A stretch of 64,000 nt of DNA from NCBI GenBank assembly GCA_965649205.1, contig CBFGJV010000001.1:93439-157438 (forward strand), written 5' to 3'. Each line of letters opens with the position of its first letter. Position 1 is the first letter of the stretch. Positions 10,539 to 20,427 of this stretch are shown one piece after another. A program made the translations under genes and the position numbers. This stretch comes from a candidate division WOR-3 bacterium (GTDB taxonomy: Bacteria; Hydrothermota; Tepidihabitantia; Tepidihabitantales; Tepidihabitantaceae). The notes under the pieces were generated by a model that was not told where the DNA came from, ran no database searches, and saw only the letters and a program-made list of their open reading frames with translations.

Positions 10539-11321
10539 TTGAACCGACCACGTAGATTTGTAGTTCCGATTGTTGCTCGCAAGTGGCTTACTGACAGAAT
10601 AATTTCTCTGTGGGTTGAGGCTGCGGAAGTTGCTGCACTGGCCAAACCAGGGCAGTTCGTCGGACTGACTGTACCACTTTCCGGTGTGCTTCTGCGCAGG
10701 CCGATTTCTATTGCGGATGTTACATCCAACAGGATCCGTTTGATTTTTCAGATTGTCGGCCGTGGTACCGCACACCTCAGTCTTCTGCAAGTGGGAGATA
10801 GGGTGGATGTGCTGGGTCCACTGGGTCGACCGATTCCTCTGCGTCTGGTGCGTCGTCCAGCAACCGCTTCATTGTGGCCGGTGCTGTGTGGAGGTGGTGT
10901 TGGGGCTGCACCGCTTCTTTTCCTCGCACGCAAACTGAGGCTAGGGGCAAGATTGAAAGTATTCCTCGGTGCCAGGACCAATAATTGCTTGATACTGCTC
11001 AAGGAATTTAGGGGTCTTGGTGCCCAAGTGGAAGTGGCGACAGACGACGGAAGTGCAGGGTATCATGGAAGCGTGACACAACTGCTAGAGTCGAAGATAA
11101 CGCACGACCGAGTTTCAGCGGTGTTCGCCTGCGGACCCAGGTTGATGTTGCGTCAACTGGTAAAGGTTGTTGAACCACTCCCGGTATGGGGATTTGTGGA
11201 GGAGAGAATGGGATGCGGAACCGGTATCTGTTACTGCTGCGCCTTACCCCGTAACGGTGGAGGATATGTGCGGTTCTGTCAGGAGGGGCCGGTAGTGATG
11301 CTAAACGATGTAGAACTGTGA
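10539..11321 (+). CDS. pyrK: Dihydroorotate dehydrogenase electron transfer subunit
   Basis: PGQFV, RRPISI, GGGVGAAP, CGP, EERMGCGTGICYCC...C. Confidence 0.93.
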   Translation: MNRPRRFVVPIVARKWLTDRIISLWVEAAEVAALAKPGQFVGLTVPLSGVLLRRPISIADVTSNRIRLIFQIVGRGTAHLSLLQVGDRVDVLGPLGRPIPLRLVRRPATASLWPVLCGGGVGAAPLLFLARKLRLGARLKVFLGARTNNCLILLKEFRGLGAQVEVATDDGSAGYHGSVTQLLESKITHDRVSAVFACGPRLMLRQLVKVVEPLPVWGFVEERMGCGTGICYCCALPRNGGGYVRFCQEGPVVMLNDVEL

Positions 11322-12265
11322 ACGCGAACTACAGGCCTAGAGACGGCGTGGCGGTCCAAAGTGGCAAGTTTGCAGTAACGGTGGGTAGCACTACTTTCTC
11401 TAATCCTGTCCTTGCCGCATCAGGAACTTGGGAGTTCGGGCTGAGGTTTAAGAGGGTCTCTAACCAGCTGGGTGGCATTGTGACCAAGGGTATTACACTA
11501 AGACCGCTTGATGGTAATCCGCCACCCAGGATTTATGAATTTCCTGGCGGAATTATAAATTCCGTCGGCCTCGAAAATCCGGGGTTAGAAACGTTTCGTC
11601 GTCAGTTTCTTCCGCGAATGTCTCGGCTTAAGTGCAGGATAATAGTAAACTTGGCAGGTTTTGCTCCGGAGGAGTATGAGAAACTTGTCGCCAGCTTGGA
11701 AGAAGAAGAAAAGATTGAAGGTTTTGAGTTGAATGTTTCGTGTCCTAATGTAAAAGGGGGGGGAAGCGTGTTTGGCCAGAGTCCGCGTCTGGTGGCTAGA
11801 ATTACGGCCCTTGCGAGGAAGCGAACGCGAAAAACACTTTTCGTCAAGCTAACTGGCAACTTCGTCGATCCTGCCAAAACAGCTAGAGTAGCTGAAGCAG
11901 AGGGAGCAGATGCAGTTACGGTCCTGAATACGCTCTTTGGTTTGGCTCTCGACGAGCTAGGCAGACCTTTTCTGGGGGGGAAAACAGGAGGAATCTCCGG
12001 GCCTGCGATTAAACCATTTGCTCTTTACTGTGTCGACAGAGTTGCACGGACAGTGCGTATTCCTGTCGTTGGGTGTGGTGGAATAATGAGCGGTCGGGAC
12101 GCCCTCGACTTTCTCAACGCTGGCGCAACTCTGGTACAGGTAGGCACTGCCAATCTGGTGAATCCAGAGGCGCCATTGGATGTGTGGCGTGAACTAAGGG
12201 CGCTACTGGAAAGAAGAGAAGCCCAATCTGTACGCCCGCCCGAGAAAAAAGAGGAGGCACGATGA
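11318..12265 (+). CDS. pyrD: Dihydroorotate dehydrogenase class 1B catalytic subunit
   Basis: AASGT, GNPPPR, NSVGLENPG, ELNVSCPN, GGISGPAIKP. Confidence 0.95.
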   Translation: MNANYRPRDGVAVQSGKFAVTVGSTTFSNPVLAASGTWEFGLRFKRVSNQLGGIVTKGITLRPLDGNPPPRIYEFPGGIINSVGLENPGLETFRRQFLPRMSRLKCRIIVNLAGFAPEEYEKLVASLEEEEKIEGFELNVSCPNVKGGGSVFGQSPRLVARITALARKRTRKTLFVKLTGNFVDPAKTARVAEAEGADAVTVLNTLFGLALDELGRPFLGGKTGGISGPAIKPFALYCVDRVARTVRIPVVGCGGIMSGRDALDFLNAGATLVQVGTANLVNPEAPLDVWRELRALLERREAQSVRPPEKKEEAR

Positions 12266-12999
12266 CCAGACTAGCATTGGCCCTGAACGTAGGCAAGCCG
12301 GACTTAGCTCTGCAATTGCTAGATCGCATCGGAAATCAGGTCGATTGCTACAAACTGCAGATGGACCTTTTTGGCAGAGCCGGACCGGACCTAGTACGTG
12401 AGTTTGTCAAGAGAGGAGCGTCCGTTTTTCTTGACCTCAAATTTCACGACATACCATCGGTTGTAGCCAATTCGGTAAGTGCAGCCGCAGAACTGCAGGT
12501 TTCGCTTCTTACTATACATGCCTGTGGCGGTGAGCCGATGATACGGGCTGCGGTAGATGCTGCTCATAAGGCAGAGGGCCGGAGACCGTTGATTTTAGCG
12601 GTTACGGTTTTAACCAGTCTAAGTGCAGCCGACTTACGCGAAACGTTCGGTTCAACAGACAGTGTGCAGGAAAGGGCACTGGCTCTGGCCTGCCTAGCGA
12701 AAAAGGCAGGGTGCGATGGCGTAGTTTGCTCGCCCCAAGAGCTGACGACAATCAAGATGTCGTGCGGCAAAGATTTCCTGGCTGTATGTCCTGGTATAAG
12801 ACTGGAACCAGGGCAGCACGGAAGCCCTTGCCTTGCCGGCGAACCTACCCCAGCCCGGGATGACCAAGTAAGAATTGGTACTCCAGCACAAGCGGCAAGG
12901 GACGGAGCTGACTACATAGTTGTCGGCAGGCCAATCTATGAGGCTGAATGTCCGCTTGAAGTTATTAGTCAGATCAAAGCGCAACTGGGGGAGCGATGA
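12262..12999 (+). CDS. pyrF: Orotidine-5'-phosphate decarboxylase
   Basis: FLDLKFHDIP, VTVLTS, PGIR, DDQ.R, VVGRPI. Confidence 0.95.
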   Translation: MTRLALALNVGKPDLALQLLDRIGNQVDCYKLQMDLFGRAGPDLVREFVKRGASVFLDLKFHDIPSVVANSVSAAAELQVSLLTIHACGGEPMIRAAVDAAHKAEGRRPLILAVTVLTSLSAADLRETFGSTDSVQERALALACLAKKAGCDGVVCSPQELTTIKMSCGKDFLAVCPGIRLEPGQHGSPCLAGEPTPARDDQVRIGTPAQAARDGADYIVVGRPIYEAECPLEVISQIKAQLGER

Positions 13000-13583
13000 A
13001 TTCCCAACAGCGATTCTCGTCGGACATTGCGGAACTCCTAAAGCAGCACGGAGTTCTTCAGGAAGGCCATTTCCTCTTGACCTCCGGCAAGCATTCGGGG
13101 CAGTATTTTGAGAAATTCAGAATTTTGGAGCATCCTGCCCTGTGCGAGGTCTTTGCCCGTCGAATTGCAGACCATTTTCAGAATGCAGGCATCACCGTGG
13201 TGTGTGGGCCGACCACGGGAGGCGTTATCATTGCGTATGAGGTTGCACGACAACTTGGCTGCAGATGCGTCATAGCCGAGAAGTCTCCTGAAGGCAGAAA
13301 AATAGGTCGCGGCTTCAGGTTAGACAAAGGTGACCGTGTGTTGGTAGTAGACGATGTGATGACTACGGGTGGTTCCTTGCTGGAAACGATAGATGCTTTA
13401 GAGCAGTTCCCATCCCTCTTGGCAGGCATTGCTGTATACATAGATAGAAGTGGGGGAAAGGTGGAACTGAGGATGCCCCATTTCGCAGTATACACGCAGG
13501 CAGTAGAGAGCTTCGCTCCGGAATCCTGTCCCTTATGCCAGGCTGGTATTCCTCTTACCGTCCCCGGTCGTGGTGGCAGATAA
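12996..13583 (+). CDS. pyrE: Orotate phosphoribosyltransferase
   Basis: GHFLLTSGKHS, VVDDVMTTGGS, CPLC tail. Confidence 0.95.
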   Translation: MNSQQRFSSDIAELLKQHGVLQEGHFLLTSGKHSGQYFEKFRILEHPALCEVFARRIADHFQNAGITVVCGPTTGGVIIAYEVARQLGCRCVIAEKSPEGRKIGRGFRLDKGDRVLVVDDVMTTGGSLLETIDALEQFPSLLAGIAVYIDRSGGKVELRMPHFAVYTQAVESFAPESCPLCQAGIPLTVPGRGGR

Positions 13584-13904
13584 CTAGTCGCGACGCTTTT
13601 TCTCTGCTTCGTATTCTCTCTGTTTAGCGTCGCGCTCTGCCTCGAGCTTGGCGATTTTTTCCACAAGCTGCTTAATGCGGCCATCTGCGGCGATGGGTGA
13701 ATCCGGTTCAGTTGAAAGCTGTCGATAGACAAGTTTACCAAGCTCAGCCAGCTTCCTCTCTATTTGTCGACTCATATTGAGGATCTCCAGCTTCAACCGA
13801 CCCCTACGGGTGAGATCCTCAGCCTCTTTTATGGCGCTGTGAGTGGCATCGGAAAGCCATTCACCTACATCTACCAGTAGAGCTTTGAAGTCTTTGTTAC
13901 TCAT
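13584..13904 (-). CDS. Small coiled-coil hypothetical protein
   Basis: Clean ORF with its own promoter (TTGACA-16-TAGGCT-6nt-ATG); LAELGKLVY helix. Confidence 0.75.
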   Translation of the reverse strand: MSNKDFKALLVDVGEWLSDATHSAIKEAEDLTRRGRLKLEILNMSRQIERKLAELGKLVYRQLSTEPDSPIAADGRIKQLVEKIAKLEAERDAKQREYEAEKKRRD

Positions 13905-14233
13905 GCATCAAGCCTAACTATGGGTGCTTTTTTGTCAAATAAGAGGATTGGCTGCATAGCGTATGATAGAATGACAGGCAGGAGGGGTAAGAGTGATCGA
14001 GACCCGGGGAGTTGGGGAGGGGATGAAATGCCGTTTCTATAAGCTCTTCGGAAAATCTGGACTTATGTCTGGAAGGTACATCTCGAATCGTAATACTCGT
14101 GAGTATTATTCGGGTAGTTGGAATAGGCGGAGTGAAAAGACATCGCCCAGAAAGGGTGCCGGTTAACGGCAAGCAAATTCGGAAGGTGCCTCGGGTTTTA
14201 TTCTCTGGCGCGTTCTGCCTTTTTAGGTAGAAT

Positions 14234-15331
14234 TTGTCTGTGAAAACCGGATATGCGAGTTTACCTCTACACCGAGGCTCAGCCCCTGCTTGGCTCTTTG
14301 TCCGAATGGTGAAGCTTGGCCGGGCGATTACGGAGTTGATTATCGCCGAGCGTGGCACTGAGGAATTCCTGCGCCGGATAGCAGACCCCATTTGGTTTCA
14401 AAGTCTGGGATGCGTGTTGGGTTTTGACTGGCATTCTTCGGGAGTAACCACCACAGTGTGTGGTGCTCTGAAGGAAGCCGTCAAGGGAGACGAACGTGCA
14501 CTCGGACTGTACATTTGTGGCGGCAAGGGTGCTGTCTCACGGAAAACACCCGAAGAAATACGCAAACACTCAGAGACGTTTGGCCTGGACGCAGAAAAGT
14601 TGGTAAAGGCGAGCCGACTCTCTGCTAAAGTGGATTCAGCCGCGTTACAAGACGGTTATCAGCTCTATCAACACGTGTTCATAGGAACTGCAAGCGGTGA
14701 CTGGGCTGTGGTGCAGCAGGGAATGAATACCGAGACTGGGTGGGCACGTCGTTACCACTGGCTCTCTTTTAAGCTGGACAGTTTCGTTAACGAACCACAC
14801 GCAGCCATCTGTTCTCCACTAGCTCGAGCCCCGCTCAATATGGTCGCCACTGAAGCCGAAGAATGCAGGAACCGAACCGTGTCTCTTGCGGAGAATGGCC
14901 CGAACGCAGTGTGTAGAGACTTAGAAAAAATCAGAAAGCTTGGACTACCGCCCCATCACCCTGTGCTTCCAAGCGACTTCTCTAACAGGTACTTTTACAA
15001 AGTTCTTACGACAACTTACGAGAATCCTCCTAAAGACTTCCGTGAACTTTTACTCACTCCGGGTGTGGGCCCGAAAACAGTTAGAGCCCTAGCCCTGGTA
15101 GCAGATGTCGTGTACGGAGCAAAGCCAAGTTTCCGGGACCCTGTGACTTATTCGTTTGCCTTAGGTGGTAAAGACGGCCATCCATATCCAGTAGATAGAG
15201 AAACCTACGACCAGACGGTAGCTATTCTGGAAAAAGGGATCAGGGCGGCCAAGTTGGGGGGAAGAGAAGAGCTGAATGCGTTACGTCGGCTGGAAGAATT
15301 TTATGCCAGGGACCGGAGAACAGTAACATGA
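14234..15331 (+). CDS. DUF763 family protein
   Basis: LPLH.G.AP.WL, FDWHSSGVTT, AKVDSAALQDGY, GVGPKT HhH-like motif, GGKDGHPYPV. Confidence 0.9.
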   Translation: MSVKTGYASLPLHRGSAPAWLFVRMVKLGRAITELIIAERGTEEFLRRIADPIWFQSLGCVLGFDWHSSGVTTTVCGALKEAVKGDERALGLYICGGKGAVSRKTPEEIRKHSETFGLDAEKLVKASRLSAKVDSAALQDGYQLYQHVFIGTASGDWAVVQQGMNTETGWARRYHWLSFKLDSFVNEPHAAICSPLARAPLNMVATEAEECRNRTVSLAENGPNAVCRDLEKIRKLGLPPHHPVLPSDFSNRYFYKVLTTTYENPPKDFRELLLTPGVGPKTVRALALVADVVYGAKPSFRDPVTYSFALGGKDGHPYPVDRETYDQTVAILEKGIRAAKLGGREELNALRRLEEFYARDRRTVT

Positions 15332-16269
15332 GGCCTTCGGGCGAGAAAACTTTGCCAGTGGGCTTCGTCGAAAGATACGCCACGTTCATACCCGATTTGG
15401 AAGACTTCGTAGCTGCGATGCTACGCCCTGCGCGCAGAACTCTTCGTATCAACACTCTTAAGGCGACCAGGGAACAAGCTCTAGAATGGTTAGATGACTT
15501 GCATCCCGAAGAGTTGCCTTGGTGGAACCTAGCCTTTGCAATAAAGCACGACACAGGCATAGGCAAAAGGCTTGATCACTTTCTAGGTCTTTACTATCTG
15601 CAGGATGCCTCTTCGATGGTTCCAGCATTGATACTTGGTCCTAGACGTAATGAGACTGTGCTTGACCTGGCCGCAGCTCCGGGCTCTAAAACCACTCAGA
15701 TGTCTGCCATGATGGAGAATACCGGATTGCTTATAGCCAACGATTCTTCCAGCAGCCGGGTGCGAGGACTCATTGGTAACATTGACCGGGCCGGGTGTTT
15801 GAACGTGGTAGTGTGTAGAATGGACGGTATAGCCTTATCTCGCCAACTCGAGGGCAGATGTGATCGAGTGCTTGTTGATGCTCCCTGTACTTGCGAGGGC
15901 ACCATGCGCAAGTCAAGGCAGGCGGTCACACGCTGGTCAGTGGAGGCATGCGAAAGATTTAGTCGGCTACAGAAGGGATTGGTTCTTGCCGGCTATCGAA
16001 GTCTCCGCCCCGGAGGTAGCATGGTATATTCAACTTGCACGATTGCTCCAGAAGAGAACGAGATAGTCGTTGCTTATCTGCTCGAGAAAAACCCGGAAGC
16101 TGAATTGCTCCCTGTAAGTTTGCCTGGTTTTACAATGCGCGAAGCACTGAGTAAATGGCAGAACAGAGTTTTTCCCGAAGCAGTTAAAAACTGTCGGCGG
16201 GTGCTGCCTCAAGACAATGACAGCGAAGCGTTTTTTCTCGCTCTAGTGAGGAAACCGTGCAAAGGATAA
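15328..16269 (+). CDS. NOL1/NOP2/Sun (RsmB/RsmF) RNA m5C methyltransferase core
   Basis: YLQDASSM, DLAAAPGSKT, LVDAPCT, YSTCT. Confidence 0.93.
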   Translation: MRPSGEKTLPVGFVERYATFIPDLEDFVAAMLRPARRTLRINTLKATREQALEWLDDLHPEELPWWNLAFAIKHDTGIGKRLDHFLGLYYLQDASSMVPALILGPRRNETVLDLAAAPGSKTTQMSAMMENTGLLIANDSSSSRVRGLIGNIDRAGCLNVVVCRMDGIALSRQLEGRCDRVLVDAPCTCEGTMRKSRQAVTRWSVEACERFSRLQKGLVLAGYRSLRPGGSMVYSTCTIAPEENEIVVAYLLEKNPEAELLPVSLPGFTMREALSKWQNRVFPEAVKNCRRVLPQDNDSEAFFLALVRKPCKG

Positions 16270-16691
16270 GGCAGGTCTATGATTTGGCGGAAAGGTTTGG
16301 CATACCTACAGAGGTCGTCGATCAGCTGAGTTTCGAACGGGGAGTGGGCGCTATCTTCGTAGGCACAAGAGAAGTGATAGAGTTTGATTTGGTACGACCC
16401 ATGCGTAAAGGGATGCGACTTCTGCGTGTGTTTCCGCATTCACTTAAACCCACCACTTGGGCGATGCAGATACTGGGACGATACGCCAGCAAAAATGTCA
16501 TCGACGTAAACGAGGAACAGGCTGTAAACCTAGTCAGAGGTAAAAACCTGGAGCTGGAAGCAGCAGTTGAAGATGGGTTTGTACTTATTAGATGTCGAGG
16601 CTTCGTCGTAGGGGTGGGACTCTATCGCCGTCCGATGATCAAATCACAGATTCCTCGTCATCGGCCGGTTGAAAACGCCAGTTCTGGTTAG
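16257..16691 (+). CDS. Probable PUA-like RNA-binding protein resembling the RsmF C-terminal region
   Basis: GMRLLR...KPTT.AMQ.LG....N.I....EQA...V.G pattern; GTG start overlapping the methyltransferase end. Confidence 0.6.
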   Translation: MQRIRQVYDLAERFGIPTEVVDQLSFERGVGAIFVGTREVIEFDLVRPMRKGMRLLRVFPHSLKPTTWAMQILGRYASKNVIDVNEEQAVNLVRGKNLELEAAVEDGFVLIRCRGFVVGVGLYRRPMIKSQIPRHRPVENASSG

Positions 16692-16701
16692 TTTCTGCAC
16701 G

Positions 16702-16726
16702 AAAAAGGGGCCGCTTAGCGGCCCCT
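16702..16726 (-). terminator. Rho-independent terminator of the C25 gene (possibly bidirectional)
   Basis: AGGGGCCGC-tta-GCGGCCCCT hairpin with T-tract on the minus strand. Confidence 0.8.
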
Positions 16727-16745
16727 GAGCTGAGATTACCCTGTC

Positions 16746-19700
16746 TTACTTTGTCAGAACAATTCGCTTACGCTCAGTTCTTTCCGGCGTACTGAACTCC
16801 ACAAAGTAAATGCCAGCCGGCAGATGTTCCGGTTCCCAGTAGAACTGATTATTACCTTTCTGGGCACTGAATATAACGGTTTCCTTTCTTCTGCCGCAGG
16901 CATCGAAAACATCCAGCTTGACTTCCTGTGCGGTCTCGGACACATAACTCAACCAGGTTCCTCGAATAAAAGGATTAGGACCTATGCGGAATTCTAAACC
17001 ACGGACAGAGGGCGAAACGTATGGCTCCGTTATACCTACAGGCAAATTGAAGCCAGTGACTTTGACTATCTGGTCCTTAGCATTCCCGTTTCGCATCACA
17101 GTTACCCAGTACGAGCCGTCGCGGGGGTCATACTCGATTCCCCGCACATCCCAAGTGGCCGTGGGAAATCTGAATCCACGCAGCAGCACACCGGACCCTT
17201 GTTCTAGCTCATACATACCACAACTATCTGGAGTCGTGCCGCTAGAATTGTACCAGGTGTAAATGTTCAAAAGGGAAGGAGGGAATACGGGGTTGCCTTC
17301 GTCAAGAGCAAGGCAGCGCGGACCAAGATTTCCGCTCAGGGGATGGTCGAGTACTCCCAGGACATTGCCAAGTGTATCCAGCATGTAGATGTATTGCGGT
17401 GTTTGACCGCTAAATCGCCGGTCTGAAACGTATAGCGTACGAGAGTAAGGCTCTTCGGCAATCCCCACTGGGTGTGCAGGAAGCAAAAGTGGCAAAGAAC
17501 GCAGAATGGTACCACTCGGGGTTATCTTGTACAGCCTTTTGCTGGCATTAGCCAGAACCCAGAAGGTGTTATCGTAAGAACAGTATGTCAGGTCGGTACA
17601 GGAATCTTCTGGGGCGGGGATACTGCCAAGGGGAGCAAGCGAACTGTCTGAACTGAATTTGTAGATGTACGGACTGAGGTAGTGACAGCAGTAGAGAACA
17701 TTTTCCACTCTGTTGTAGGCAAGGCCTTGGAGGCCAGCCTCTGTTGGCAGCCCCGAAGCAATTTTGGGCCCCCAGAGTGTTTGGCCTGGCGGGGTAGGTT
17801 GCTTCCCTACGGTTAAAGTGAATATAATATCTCTTTCGTAGTCCACAGTGTCCGCACGAAGACGCAAGGTACACTTTACGGTTGTTCCGGGCAATATGGT
17901 TGGATCAGCCATCAGGGTAAACGGGTCGGCACTGTTAATGGCACTATCTCCTCTGGGAATGTTACCCCAGCTTCCGAGAGGATCAGTCACAGAGAGACGG
18001 TTATCGCCCGATATCAGCTCACCAGTTACGCGATATCCATCTTTCCCCCCTATATTCCGCAGAGTAATCTTCACTTGGGCAATTTCGCCTGGGTCCAGTC
18101 GGCCGTTACCATTTCCACCTGGCGGAGGATCGGAAACTGCCTCTCGGGTGAACACAAGGTAACATCCGCCCGTAATGACCTGAATTGAATCAAGGTACGG
18201 AATACAGTTAGAGTTAGTTATAGTCAGTTTCATCGTTCCAGGCGTAAGGGGCGACACTAAAAGTATGACTTCGCCCCTTGAATTGGTCCAACCACGTGCG
18301 AAAGTCTCACCGTCCTTCGTTAGGCAAACTAAGGCAGAGCAGACGGGAGTTTCACCTCTGTAAACGCTGATCTGTACTGGGATGTTCTCACCTATACCTA
18401 CGGCCTCAGGTTTGACAACACGAGGAATGAACGGTTGGCCGGTCCACAGTGGCACTGCTGGTTCGCCGAACAGGTTGCGTTCAAAGCTCTCCATGCGGTA
18501 CTTAGCCGAATCTTTTATCCGGAAGGTCCAGTAGTCCTTGCCATATGCTAGTACTTCACCCATAGTAGGCCGACGACCAGTACGAAATCCGTAGTAGCCA
18601 TAGGCTATGGCGTAGTTGAAAAGTTCGGCACAATTCACCCAACCCGACTTGTCGTTTTTGCACACGCCGATAAAACCGTTCGGGGCGTGGAATACCATAT
18701 TTTCTGCGATACAGTCTCCGTTAGTACTGCCCAGATCCCATTCTCCAGTATTGCAGCAGACATACGTAGAGAAGTTCAAGCGGTTAGGGTTCGTCAGTGT
18801 GTTCAGCATAGCGCTGGTCACGTTGCCACCCAGCTGGAATAAATCTGGAGAACCGTGGGCTATTATGGATCCGAATCCGTACCCGGAATTCAGGGAATCG
18901 CAGAACCTCTGAGGCGTAGGCGTAACCATCCCTCCCGAAGAGTACATTTTGCAGTCAAACCACGGCGGGGTGGGCGAAGCATTCGCCACCGAATCGTTAA
19001 AATTGTTCGAGAATGTTACACCGTTAGGTAACAGGTCCTTGGTTACCCACGTTACGGTTGTGTCGGGGTTGAGTTCATAACGGAATAGCTTATCCAGATA
19101 GTTGCCCAGTTTATTGTAGCCAGGCTTGAGTGTAATCATTCCTACGAAGACGTCTGCATAGCCGTCAACCGAGTCTGCTACCTCGCCAAATACGCTGTTG
19201 CCATTACGATCCCAATCGCCGTCCAGGTCCGAGAAGTACTGGTCACACTTCATATTGTAATTGTAGGCTCGGGCAATGCGCACCTGGTTAGAACCTGAGG
19301 GATAATCGTCGCGGGCTATGAATACATATATAGTACCCCAGGTAGTATCCGCATCTTTGATGAAATTGCGCATCTTTTCAGCGTCATCTCTTCCTGGATA
19401 GGTGGTCAGAATTGACTCCAAAGGCATTACCCGCGAACGCCAGCCTTGCCGTGTACGCCATGCACACAGTTGCGCAAAGGAATCCGCATATATGGCGCGA
19501 GTAATGACTATATGTTCGAATTGACCCGGTGGCAATAAGAAGGAACCTTTGGTCTCTTCTCGGCGGACCGGCGGAGCAAAACGCGCAACATCCTGCGAGT
19601 TGACAACGAGATTGGCTACATGGCTGCCGTGAATAGCATTCTGCAGCTCGGTACGACTCTGGGCTGGTCGGCGACCGGTTGCATACGAAAGCCTCACCGT

Positions 19701-20198
19701 AATACTCTTTGTCAGACTCAGAGTGCGCCGCACCGGATTGTAGCGAAGGGGATATACGCAGAAGTCAACCAACCGGTATCCGGATTTGTTGCCTGCGGTT
19801 CCTATCTCAGCGGGTAATAGGGGATAGAGTGCGTCTTCCTCATAGACCTGCGGGTCAGGCTCAACAAAAGGTTGTTTCGGCGGGTCGATGCTAAACGGAA
19901 CAGGATGTTGAACGGGCAGAATGTGGAATTCCCCAGGTAGCGGTTCTTCCTGTACAGACGTCACCTCGAAGTTGGTGATGACCGCATCTGACGGGATGAG
20001 AAAATGAGATATGACTGCAGGCAGATCTGGCATACCCAAATGCTCGATATGGGCGGCGCAGGGATAATCAACTGTCTGGTAATCCTCTGCAGTGCCGAAG
20101 ATCACTCGGTCGGCATAAAAATGGAAAGTATGCTCTATTGTGCCGGCTGGCGCGAAAGAGAGTAAGAGCAAAATTCCCAAGACAAGATTATGATACAT
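16746..20198 (-). CDS. Secreted C25 (gingipain-like) cysteine protease with propeptide, Ig-like domains, beta-propeller and T9SS-like C-terminal domain
   Basis: Signal peptide after GGAGG-ATG 20198; G.P.LP propeptide; D.YFSDLDGDWD; IAHGS (His) and CCNTG (Cys); NLFGEP; C-terminal PNPF...FDACGR...PAGIYFV...KRIVLTK. Confidence 0.88.
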   Translation of the reverse strand: MYHNLVLGILLLLSFAPAGTIEHTFHFYADRVIFGTAEDYQTVDYPCAAHIEHLGMPDLPAVISHFLIPSDAVITNFEVTSVQEEPLPGEFHILPVQHPVPFSIDPPKQPFVEPDPQVYEEDALYPLLPAEIGTAGNKSGYRLVDFCVYPLRYNPVRRTLSLTKSITVRLSYATGRRPAQSRTELQNAIHGSHVANLVVNSQDVARFAPPVRREETKGSFLLPPGQFEHIVITRAIYADSFAQLCAWRTRQGWRSRVMPLESILTTYPGRDDAEKMRNFIKDADTTWGTIYVFIARDDYPSGSNQVRIARAYNYNMKCDQYFSDLDGDWDRNGNSVFGEVADSVDGYADVFVGMITLKPGYNKLGNYLDKLFRYELNPDTTVTWVTKDLLPNGVTFSNNFNDSVANASPTPPWFDCKMYSSGGMVTPTPQRFCDSLNSGYGFGSIIAHGSPDLFQLGGNVTSAMLNTLTNPNRLNFSTYVCCNTGEWDLGSTNGDCIAENMVFHAPNGFIGVCKNDKSGWVNCAELFNYAIAYGYYGFRTGRRPTMGEVLAYGKDYWTFRIKDSAKYRMESFERNLFGEPAVPLWTGQPFIPRVVKPEAVGIGENIPVQISVYRGETPVCSALVCLTKDGETFARGWTNSRGEVILLVSPLTPGTMKLTITNSNCIPYLDSIQVITGGCYLVFTREAVSDPPPGGNGNGRLDPGEIAQVKITLRNIGGKDGYRVTGELISGDNRLSVTDPLGSWGNIPRGDSAINSADPFTLMADPTILPGTTVKCTLRLRADTVDYERDIIFTLTVGKQPTPPGQTLWGPKIASGLPTEAGLQGLAYNRVENVLYCCHYLSPYIYKFSSDSSLAPLGSIPAPEDSCTDLTYCSYDNTFWVLANASKRLYKITPSGTILRSLPLLLPAHPVGIAEEPYSRTLYVSDRRFSGQTPQYIYMLDTLGNVLGVLDHPLSGNLGPRCLALDEGNPVFPPSLLNIYTWYNSSGTTPDSCGMYELEQGSGVLLRGFRFPTATWDVRGIEYDPRDGSYWVTVMRNGNAKDQIVKVTGFNLPVGITEPYVSPSVRGLEFRIGPNPFIRGTWLSYVSETAQEVKLDVFDACGRRKETVIFSAQKGNNQFYWEPEHLPAGIYFVEFSTPERTERKRIVLTK

Positions 20199-20427
20199 GG
20201 TGCCTCCTTGGCGGTTTTCATATCTCTGCCGCCTACTAATAGGCAGCTGTAGCAGAGCATGATTCAAAGCTACATCGCCTGCGTTTGATGTCAATAGCCG
20301 ACCGTTCGAGAACGGACCAGGGCAGACGACTTCTTGACTATGCAGGTAAGAGCTCTAAGATAGCCGCAAGATGCCACAATACGTAAGCTAATTCACAAGT
20401 TTGCTTGATAGAGAATACGGAGGAACG

